Shown piece after piece: positions 12,516-23,257 of a stretch of 64,000 bases of DNA (position 1 is the stretch's first letter; each line of letters starts with the position of its first letter). The notes beneath the pieces were generated by a model, which saw only the letters and a program-made list of their open reading frames with translations, did not search any database and was not told where the DNA came from. Where the stretch lies: positions 3,224,001 through 3,288,000 of the forward strand of contig JBHGNT010000005.1 of assembly GCA_043228905.1 (NCBI GenBank), given 5' to 3'. This DNA comes from Azolla caroliniana. Its lineage: Eukaryota > Plantae > Polypodiophyta. The position numbers and the translations under genes are program-made.

Positions 12516-15500
12516 TGATGGAAAAACAGTCGACACTTTCCAAACTTCACCTCTCGGCTACAACCAAGGAAACACACGAATCGTTGTTGCAGTAAAATGG
12601 GAAATGCGAAAAAATAGAGTGGACACACGATTTAACGTGGAAAACCCTGTATGGGAAAAACCACGGGAGTACAAGACTCCAAATCAAAACTATGCACAGA
12701 GAAATATACAATGGCGAGCTGCAAGGCGACGACCTTGAGCTCGCTGTCCTCGCCACAGGCGGCGGAAATACACAGAGGCGTCGACCTCTTCCTCTCTCAC
12801 GCTCTATCTCTCTCACGGCTGCTCTCTCTTCACTCCTCTTGAGTGGAAAAACAGAAAAATAAGTAGCAACATAAAACTGTTTGCCCTAAGTCATATTTAT
12901 ACACATATGACTTTGGGGCTATTTACAACTATAGCCTCAAGGGCCCTTAGCAAACATATTCACGGATATGTCCCCGCATCCGGATCTCTCTCCGGGTACA
13001 TTCGTCATCCAGCTCCGAAGCCGGGGTCTCCATCATCCGGTTCCGAAACCGAAACCGGGCTCGTCGGCATTCATCTCCGACATCCGATCATCCCATCCGA
13101 AGGGACTGTAATCCCAACAAACTCCCCCTTCACTTCGGCATGGGATGTCTTTCCAATCCGATCCTCTTCCGGCATGCTTCCAGCTTGTCGGGTGTGAGCA
13201 CCTTGGTCAGCATATCCGACCCGTTCTCGTCCGTGTGGACCTTCGTCAGCACGAACTCCTTGTCTTCTATTCTTTCCCGGATCCAGTGATATCTTCGCTG
13301 GATGTGCTTCGTCCGGGAGTGATAGGCCACGTTCTTAGCAAGGTGGATTGCACTCTGACTGTCGCAGTAGAGTCGGTACTCCTCCTGCCGGATACCGAGC
13401 TCTCTAATGAAGTCCTTCATCCATATTATTTCCTTGCCGACTTCAACAGCCGCCATGTACTCCGCCTCCGTGGTTGACAACGCAACCGTCTTCTGCAGCC
13501 TCGACTGCCATGAAACAGCTCCCCCTGCATACGTCATCACATACCCTGATGTGGACCAGCTGGTATCTGCATCAGCCGACATATCCGAATCGGTGAAACC
13601 GTCAAGTTCGGGCTTACCGGAGCCGAATCGGAGGCACACGTTTGCCGTGCCCTTCAGGTATCGGAGTATCCACTTGGCCGCGTTCCAATGCTCTTTGCTG
13701 GGATTGCTCATGTACCGGCTCACCACTTCGACTGCATATCCGATGTCCACTCGGGTACACACCATTGCGTACATCAAGCTCCCGACGGCAGAGGCATATG
13801 GTACTTTCATCATGTCCTCCTTCTCAGCCTTTGTCTTGGGGCTCTGCTTGCTGGACAGCTTGCAGTTTGTCGGGAATGTTGACCCGACCGGTCTTGCTTC
13901 CGACATGTTGAACCGGTGAAGCACCTTTGTCACGTACTTCTCCTGTGACAGCCACAACTGCTTCTTCTTCCGGTCCCGGATGATGTGCATCCCTAGTATT
14001 TGCCTCGCCGGACCCAAGTCCTTCATTGAGAAGGTTCGGTGAAGAGCCTTCTTCAGCATCCGAATCTTGACCTGGTCCCGTCCGACGATCAACATGTCGT
14101 CCACGTACAGGAGGAGTATTAGACAGTCTCCTCCTTCGAACTTCTTTACAAACACGCAGTGGTTGGACTGCGTTTTGAGGTACCCTTCGTTGGTCATGAA
14201 AGAGTCGAACTTCCGGTACCATTGCCGGGGAGCCTGCTTCAGTCCGTAAAGGCTCTTCTTCAACCGGCATACCAGGTGCTCCTTCCCTTTCTTCTCGAAT
14301 CCTTCCGGTTGCTGCATGTAGATCTCTTCTTCGAGGTCACCGTGAAGGAATGCCGTCTTCACGTCCCATCTGTTCTACCTCGAGGTCCATGCTTGCCGCT
14401 ATGCTCAGCACCGTCCGGATGGAGGTCATCTTCACTACCGGGGCAAATATCTCGTCGAAGTCGACGCCCTTCTTCTGCTGAAACCCCTTCACCACGATCC
14501 TGGCTTTGTATCTTGGGGGGTTTCCGGCATCTCCCGGTTTCAGCTTGAACACCCACTTGTTTCGAAGTGCCCGCTTTCCTTTCGGCAACTCCACAAGTTC
14601 ATATGTGTGGTTCTCATGCAGGGAATCCATCTCGTCCTGCATGGCACTCAACCACCTGCGGCTCTGGGTGTCATGCTTTGCTTCTTCAAAGCTCTCCGGC
14701 TCCCCCTCGTCGGTTAGCAGCACGTGCTCTGGTTCCGGAAATCTCCGGGGGGCCCTTCTCTCTCTTAGAGGATATCTCCGTTCCGGAGCTTCGGTAACCG
14801 GTTCTTCCGATTCTTCTTCATCCGAATCCATTTCGGGATCGGGGCCGGTTCCGGTATCATTTTCATCTTCTTCGGCCGGTTCTGTTCCTTCACCGTCTTC
14901 GGCCGGATCCTCGAGTGCTAACCGGTCCCTTGCCGGTCGGGACTGCTCCTCGTAGAGTTGATCCTCACCGGTCGACTTGGAGCTCTTCATCTTCTTCTCC
15001 GACTCCCAGTCGGCGAGTGTCTTGTTCTCCATGAAGATGATATCATGACTCCGGAATATCTTCTTGTTGACCGGGTCCCATACTCGGTAGCCGAACTCGT
15101 CATCGCCGTAACCGAGGAATATGCATGGCCGGGTCTTTGGATCTAGCTTTCCTCTCCGGTCCTTAGCCACATGCACATATGCGAGACACCCGAACACCTT
15201 CAGATGCCGGTAGGTGACTTCCCTGCCGGTCCACACTCTCTCCGGTCCTTAGCCACATGCACATATGCGAGACACCCGAACACCTTCAGATGCCGGTAGG
15301 TGACTTCCCTGCCGGTCCACACTCTCTGCGGCGTGTCTCCGTCCAAAGGTACTGAGGGTGATCTGTTTATCACGTATGTCGCCGTCGACATTGCCTCAGC
15401 CCAAAACCCCTTGGGTAATTTCGCATGCGCCAGCATACTCCGGACCCTCTCCATTATGGTCCGGTTCATCCTCTCGGCCAGCCCGTTCAGTTCCGGCGTC

Positions 15501-17939
15501 TTCGGCACAGTAAACTCGAGCCGGATTCCCTTCGAGCGACAGTACTCTGCGAACTGCCCCCGGTATTCCCCTCCGTTATCCGCTCGTATCGCTTTCAGCT
15601 TCTTGCCGGATTCCCTTTCCACTCTCGCGTGGAGTTCTTTGAAGACGCACAACACTTGGTCCTTTGTCTTCAACGGTGCCGTCCACAGCTTCCGGCTGTG
15701 ATCATCAATGAATGTTACGAAGTACTGGGCTCCGCCATGTGACTTCGTTTCTACCTGACACACATCAGTGTGCACCAACTCCAATGGTGCGCTACGTCTC
15801 GTCGGTGGCCTTGAGTGGAAGGAGGTTCGGTTCTGCTTACCGGCCAGGCTATCGGTGCACTTCTCCAGGTGCACATGCTTCACTGGAATAAGGTTGTCTT
15901 CTGCAAGCCTCTTCATCCCCTTCTCACTCATGTGGCACAGTCTCTTGTGGCACAGTCTCTTGTGGCACAGCTCACCGGCAGTGTCGACTGCCACGTTCAA
16001 CTCTTCCGGACACAGCCAGGCATTCATAAGGTACAGTGTGTTGACTTTCCGGGCTCGAGCCACTATCAGGCTCCCCTTGCTGAACTTCATAACGCCGTTC
16101 CAGATGCTACCTGTGTAGCCTTCATCGTCTAGCCTCCCGGCCGAAATCAGGTTCAATCGAACCTCCGGAACGTGTCGGACATCCTTCAGTAGCATTTTGC
16201 ATCCGGTCGGGGTTGTCAACCACACGTCTCCTATGCCGGCAATCCGGCAGGTACCTTCATTTCCCATCCGAACACAGCCATGCTCACCGGCTGTGTAGGA
16301 TGAGAAGTATCTTCTTTCCGGGGTCAGGTGGAACGACGCTCCGGAATCGACCACCCAGGTAGTCTCATCGCCGGCAATGTTTAGTTCACCTTCTTCGGTG
16401 ATGAGCATGATCTCCTCTTCACTTGCCGCGAGTGCCGTCGTTCCTTTCCGGTCCTGCCCTCGCCGATCCGAACCATTCCGGTCCGTGGCTCCCCGGTAAG
16501 CACCGTTCCGTTCCGAAGACTTCTTCGAATCGGTGTCGTCGGCTCCGTTGTCCTTTCGGTAATGCCGACAATTCTTCCGGAAGTGCCCCGGCTTCCCACA
16601 GTGGAAGCATGTGGGTCTTCCTCTTGACTGCGACCGGGTCCCCGACTTCTCCCGTCTTTGCGGACTCCGGTTCCGTTGTCTTCCCCGATCCGATTCGGTA
16701 AACAACATCTTCGGATCGGAGGCCGGTTCTTTATCTCTCCGACGCGCTTCTTCGTTCAAAATACTTGTCTTCACCGTTTGTAGGGACAAGTTATCTTCGG
16801 TGCAGGAGGTGCTGAGAGTCACCACCAAGTTCTCCCAGCTTTCCGGCAATGTACACATCAGAATGATGGCTTGCATTGCATCCTCCAACGGGAACTTGAT
16901 CGCCGCAAGCTGATTCACGAACCCCATGAACGTGCTTACGTGTTCCACCATACTCTCGCCGTCCCGGTACTTGAGGTTCACTATCTTCCTCATCAGGGAG
17001 GTCCGGTTCAACGCATTTTTCCTCTCGTAGAGGCCCGACAGCTTCTGCCACATCTCATATGCGTTGGTGTCGTTCGCCACATGTTGTAGAACGCTCACGT
17101 CTACGTATTGCCGAATGGTTGCAACGGCTTTCCGGTTCAGAAGCCTCCATTCCGACTCAAGTACCCCCTTCGATATTTCCGACCTGTCAATCGGTTCGTA
17201 CAGGTCCCGAACAATCAGAAGATCCTCCATCTTGATCTTCCAGTCGGCGTAATTCTGCGCATTTAGCACCATCATCCCCGGCTGCCCGCTGCCGCCGCCT
17301 TCCATTTTCTGCAGCAACTCGCTCTGATACCAAATTGATGGAAAAACAGTCGACACTTTCCAAACTTCACCTCTCGGCTACAACCAAGGAAACACACGAA
17401 TCGTTGTTGCAGTAAAATGGGAAATGCGAAAAAATAGAGTGGACACACGATTTAACGTGGAAAACCCTGTACGGGAAAAACCACGGGAGTACAAGACTCC
17501 AAATCAAAACTATGCACAGAGAAATATACAATGGCGAGCTGCAAGGCGACGACCTTGAGCTCGCTGTCCTCGCCACAGGCGGCGGAAATACACAGAGGCG
17601 TCGACCTCTTCCTCTCTCACGCTCTATCTCTCTCACGACTGCTCTCTCTTCACTCCTCTTGAGTGGAAAAACAGAAAAATAAGTAGCAACATAAAACTGT
17701 TTGCCCTATGTCATATTTATACACATATGACTTTGGGGCTATTTACAACTATAGCCTCAAGGGCCCTTAGCAAACATATTCACGGATATGTCCCCGCATC
17801 CGGATCTCTCTCCGGGTACATTCGTCATCCGGCTCCGAAGCCGGGGTCTCCATCATCCGGTTCCGAAACCGAAACCGGGCTCGTCGGCATTCATCTCCGA
17901 CATCCGATCATCCCATCCGAAGGGACTGTAATCCCAACA
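12516..17939 (-). mobile_element. Full-length Ty1/copia element (Tnt1/Tork-like), young but frameshifted
   Basis: 604-bp LTRs at 12516-13119 and 17336-17939 with about 4 differences by eye; TSD AGAAA; tRNA-iMet PBS TGGTATCAGAGC at 17332-17321; PPT at ~13120-13132. Confidence 0.97.
13130..17305 (-). pseudogene. Copia gag-pol polyprotein, disrupted
   Basis: CFHCGKPGHFRKNC knuckle, WVVDSGAS protease, integrase core, LYVDD RT, RNase H. Broken by an 86-bp tandem duplication (~15152-15327) and a +1 frameshift at ~14365; also a 15-bp duplication (HKRLC twice). Confidence 0.93.
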
Positions 17940-18150
17940 AGAAAATAGTGGTGACCTTTGACCTTTGAGTGCTCATAGATTCTCAAAAGGTGTGGTACCA
18001 CACTAGACTAGGTTGAGCTTGATTCTCAACACTTTGCACGAAATGGTAGATGGGAATGCCACCCACGTTGTAATATTTTCCACCACCTTGCATTCCACTT
18101 ACATACATTCCATACTGTAAAGAATCGGATATGATTCTTGTGTAGCGGAA

Positions 18151-18737
18151 TGTTAAGCGCTCGAAGCGCACCGCGACCGGTAATGAAGAAGAGCGTATCA
18201 ACAAGGACGTAGTATGGCTAAAGGACCTACGAAGAGGGAATGGCAAGAGGAAAGAGGGCTAAGAGACATCTAAGTGTGAAAGGTCCATACCTTAAATGTA
18301 AATGCTATATAAACCACATTGTGGTCACTGGCTTTGTAAGGGTTCTTCCATTTGTAAAGATCTCCCTATTGATTAAGAGCTAGAGCTTCCCCTCCTCCTT
18401 CTTATAACCTTTAAGATTAAGAGAGATTAGTGAAGTGTTTAGTTAGAGAACACCAATCTCTCTTCCTTGTTGGTGCTAGACCTCTTAGCAAAGAGGGTTA
18501 ATAAACATATTCATTACTCTTATTGTCTATATTCATTACCCTATTGTCTATGAGAGCGAGCTTGAGAGAGTGAGAGAGACATCGTGCTTAATAATCTATT
18601 AATCGTTAAGTGAGTGTGAGGCTCGGAGGTGTCCGAAAACCATCTCCGCCCGATCCGCCATCAAAAGGGTATACGCCGGTCTGAACTCCGCAAACGACAT
18701 CGAGGAGTTAACTCCATCGATACATAGATCCTAAACA
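18151..18737. mobile_element. Solo LTR (587 bp)
   Basis: TGTT...AACA termini; TSD CGGAA at 18146-18150 and 18738-18742; TATA-like CTATATAAA at ~18305. Confidence 0.8.
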
Positions 18738-19789
18738 CGGAAGAGATGTGTGTTATGTGTATGTGTGAGAGGAAAGAGAGAAGAGAAGAGAAAACACAAG
18801 ATAGATTAGATAGAATGGAAAAATAGAATACTCAAGTAGAAGGTGTATATTCACAAGGAGAATATGAGATACAAAAATGTGGCATTACAAGGAGTCACAA
18901 CCGACACTTTATGAAGTAGGAGAAGGGTACTTTATATAAGGTCACCCTCTCTCTTCATTATCTCACTACAACAACTACTCTCTCTTGGGGAATGTGAAGA
19001 CTAGTGTTGGGCAAAGTCTCTAGCCCCTACCGGAAATTTTCCTGCTTCTTATGAACCTAACTGGAATTTTAAAATTTTAACCGGCCACTTTCCTACAAAC
19101 AATTATGTCAACCGGAACACGTTGAATTTTTTTTTAGCGCATACCAGATCAAATAAAGTTTTTTTTAGTACAATACCAAATCAAATAAATCACAAACAAA
19201 AATAGTGTTTTCCTTTGCCTTTCCTATTTATTTGTGGGCCATAATGTAGAGCATGTAAGAGTAGCATAATCTATGGATTCAATTTACAACCTATTTGGGG
19301 GTATTGATCTGAGCTCTCAATCCCCCGAGTTGATATAAGGCTAACAACATAGCACCAAAAACATAAAGAGGTCACTTTTGGGGAAGGGAGTGACACAAGA
19401 ACGAAGAAAACGACACAACAGAAAAGCCATCACTCGTCTCATTTGCCAGTTACAACGTTGTCAAAAACTGTATACATATAGTGTAAGATGGATCTTATCC
19501 AAGACAACAACAATATTATCTTTGCATACACAAAACATCATTTACAACAATTGTAAATATAAAATTCTCATCATTCTGAGATCGCATTTAAAACTCATCA
19601 TTTGTGATTTGAATGCCATTTCAACTCTTATATAAAATTCTCAACTAGGCTAATGACATAATCGCCAATTACATAATCCAAGGGTTATCAAGGCTTTTTT
19701 TGACAACCCTAACATGAATTTCCAAATTTTTTCTTGAGAGGTGCACTTTAAGATGCATAAATCTATGTCTAGTACACTAACGTAATTGA

Positions 19790-21048
19790 TCAATTTAAGA
19801 GAGCAAACTTACTTATCCCAACCGCGACTTCAGCTCCAAGTACAACAACAACGTATGATGTCAATCCCCAGTTTTGTTTCCTTTGTACTTTTACTCCTAT
19901 TCTTCCATGTTGGAACTCAATATCACTCTAGGATTCTCGAGGAATACTTTTCTTTACCACTCCTTGAGTGTAGTTTAAATGAAGCTTTAGAACCTGAACA
20001 TAATTGTGTTCTAAGACACTATTGAATGACTTTCTGAATAAAATAAACTTTGAATATTGCCAAAACTTGAGCTAAACCATGAAATATATTTGAACATGGA
20101 GTTATTTTGATTGACAAACAAGTATATATTTTGCTCAGGACTAACCTAACATGATTAAAACCTCAAACCATTAAACTAATCCGTTGTCGCGTTGTTTCGC
20201 TTACGCGAGTGAAATAAGGCGGGACCACAGGGGCCCTAAACCGAGGAGTAAGAGAGACAAGAGGAAGTGAGAAGCACGCAAGTGTAAGGCCTGCTAGATC
20301 TATCAACAACCGATAGGACTTGCCCGCTGAATGAACCACCAACGTGTGTACCGACTTAATCAAGAAGCACACTCGAGAGAAATGAAAGAGGAGACTCCCA
20401 GAAACACATATAGACGAAAACAAGAGATTCGGTTCAATAACAGTGACGATTACAACGATTGCAACCTTGCAGAGAACGATGATAAAGGAGGAGAGAGCTC
20501 GGTTCCCAGTCCGACAACACCTCGTCCTTACCCAAAACATGATAATTTCTTTTTCTTCTTCTTCTCCCCTCTCTTTTATAGGTCGCCGAGGAGACCGTTA
20601 CATCAAAACATGTCAACTTTATTCTCTGTCCCTTCGGGCAGAGATACGCATCGATTTTCCTAATTAACAAATATATCATACCTAGTATATTTACATCAGT
20701 TGTTCTATTCCTAGTTATGTACAATGTATAGATTCGCACGCACTCTTGCAAGGGCGGGTTCACGCCTTCAATTCCTTGATTCCTCTTAGGGCCAGTTTTC
20801 TTCACAACACCGCCTCTCTAATTTTAAGATAATTTAGGAAAGAGATTGTCAATTGTGGTAGCCAAATGGCCTGATAAATAACTAAACTAGCAATGAGCAT
20901 AATACCTTGGCACCTGACAATCTTGCATAAGTTATAACATTCATAAGATCATCATCAATAGCTAGGATTACACAGTCACCTTCAACGTCTTCATACTGCA
21001 TGCCAAGGTCAATGTGACACAATAAATCACTTGATACCAATTAGCAAA
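19790..21048 (-). pseudogene. Last two exons of a CBS-CBS-PB1-type protein (21048-20906, 19993-19790)
   Basis: Spliced translation MQYEDVEGDCVILAIDDDLMNVITYARLSGAK|VLKLHLNY...NWGLTSYVVVVLGAEVAVGI shows the PB1 acidic (OPCA) motif plus a C-terminal hydrophobic helix. GT/AG sites intact; internal stops present. Confidence 0.72.
20185..20809 (-). mobile_element. Solo LTR (625 bp) with 4-bp TSD
   Basis: TGTCGCG...CACAACA; TSD CCGT/CCGC. Termini match the 49951-50784 solo LTR in the opposite orientation. Confidence 0.75.
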
Positions 21049-22575
21049 CTACAGTTTGGAACAAAAAAAAAAACCATTATATGTGGTGATTTTACTGACA
21101 TCAAAATCATCACCAAGTCTTTGTGCTATTGTGGAAAGTAGTTTTGTCAAGCTCTCAATTCCGAAACATTCAACATTTGCATAACTTCAATTCCAAATCA
21201 AGGTCTCTAAAACCATAACCTATTTAGCATGTAAACTTTAAAATGAAAATATTACTATTGAAACGATGAACGTTGCCCATGGTTTCCTATTATATTTCAT
21301 GCATGAAAACAGAACTCATGCAATATTTCCCAAACTATGTTGTCAAGACCAATATGCAAATATAAGTACGTTAAGGAACAACCAACCAACACACACTTTT
21401 GCAATTAGATTGTAGATGTGGAGAGATTTTTAGATAGTAGCTCCATTCTTCATAACATTAACCGTGTGGCCTCTTCCACTGGACTGCAAAATCTTATCCT
21501 GCTCACAATAAAGGAAAAAACAAAACACAAATATCAAGTTTTGCAATACCCTATTACATATGAGGAGGTGACTGGCTTGCGAGAAAGAGAGCAAATAATC
21601 AAACAATATTTGAGAAACAATGGAGAATGAGATGCAAAAAGAATTGAACGAGATTGGGAGAAGAGTAAGTTTTACCTATCCACCTGCTATTTCCAACCAC
21701 ATTACCTGTCATGATATGGCAAGACTCGAACCCATGACCTTATGCTACATAGGTCGAGCTCTTGACCATTAGACCATACATTGTAATACGTAAAATATTA
21801 TTTATGTTTTATTATAGAAAATTGATGTATATTCCCGATTTCTCTGGAACATTCTAGAAACTTTAGGAGTATTCCTCAGAACACTATAAAAGGAGGCACA
21901 AAGCATTATTTCGAACCAAATCGGTGCAACGCCAGTCTTAAGCCTCCTAGCTACTACTGTACATTCTCTTCACATAAGATAGATCTTTTCTTATCATCAC
22001 TCTCTTTCTCTTTCTCTCTCTCTCTCCCTCCCTCCCTCTCACTCACTCTTTCCTTCTCTCGAGAGTTCTTCACCTCTCTTAGTACTAATACTTCTTTTAG
22101 TACTAATTCCTTCTATGTCTTAGTATTGTTCCTGACGATTTGAACCAATTTCCCTCGTTCTTCCTTCTGTATCTTCCTTTCCTCCTCTTCCTTTTATCTT
22201 CTTATTAATCCTCTTATCCTCCCTAGTAAAATGGAAACTGTTAGTGCTCAGGAATACCAATTTGTTTTCTCGGAGCTCCAGTGCTTAAAAGAGAAATTTG
22301 TAGCACTAGAACAAGAAAATCATCGTTTGTTGGGGGATCTTCAACAAATAGCGCTAGAAAAATAACAACATGGGGAGCTGACGTTACGTGTACAACAACT
22401 CGAAGCGACTATCGTATCATTACAACAACAAGGATCAAGCACTCAAGGGATTCACAAAGAACGAAAGATCGGTCTTCCTGCAAAATTTGATGGGACCCGA
22501 TCACAGTTTAGAGGGTTTTTGAATCATGTACGTTTAGTGATACAAATGCATCCTTCTCGATATCCCACCGATGGA

Positions 22576-22830
22576 TGCACCCCATTTATTTGTGGTGGGT
22601 ACATCAATACCAAGATATTTAAAGATTCGAACAAATTGTATACGTTCACCTCTATATGTGAGCATAGGGTAATGATGAGGTTGGATGGTTTGCACTACCA
22701 TCATTTTTGTTTTCTCCACATTCACTACTAGTCCACTACTATGGCAAAATTCTTCTAATACCCCAATTAAATTTTGCATACTATCAACATCATAGGGAGA
22801 GAATAAAGTGGGGATAAGCTCCACCAAGGT
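22576..22830 (-). mobile_element. LINE reverse transcriptase fragment
   Basis: LEEFCHSSGLVVNVEKTKMMV...FKYLGI; similar to the LINE at ~60690-60910. Confidence 0.75.
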
Positions 22831-23257
22831 GGTTTTTTCAACCCCCCATTATGGAAGGATCCCGATTTTAGATGTGTAAATGAACTTTCTAATTGCTATT
22901 TGACATGTTGATTGATTTGGGTATGGTGGTTATGGTTTCATGTATGAGTTCTTTGTGGCCTTTGGGCATATTTCCATTGATACCAAGGTGAATCTTTAAA
23001 AAAAAAAAGCGGTCTGATCATTCCACTCGATGGTTAAAATAACATACAAAGCACACAACACAATCACATACTCAATTACCTATCATAAGCAAATATAAAA
23101 ATATTAGTGTAAGACCTAGAGTTAAATGCTTGGCATTAATCTCATGAAAAATGAGAGAAGAGGGGTTCATCGAGTTGAGGAGAGAGGAGGGGAAAGATGA
23201 GGGTTTGATGAGAGGTGGATGTCATTGTGTGTGGGATGGAGAGAAGGATGTGAAATG

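Larger units (their letters stand above)
12142..18031. mobile_element. Older solo LTR (~460 bp) split by the copia insertion
   Basis: TGTAAAG...CAACA with TSD CTTTG (12137-12141, 18032-18036). Homologous to the split LTR at 18116-~53907. Confidence 0.75.

Noticed and set aside
13145-17252. Numerous antisense and overlapping ORFs in the copia and gypsy elements
   Set aside because: Expected by-products of GC-rich coding sequence; no independent motifs.
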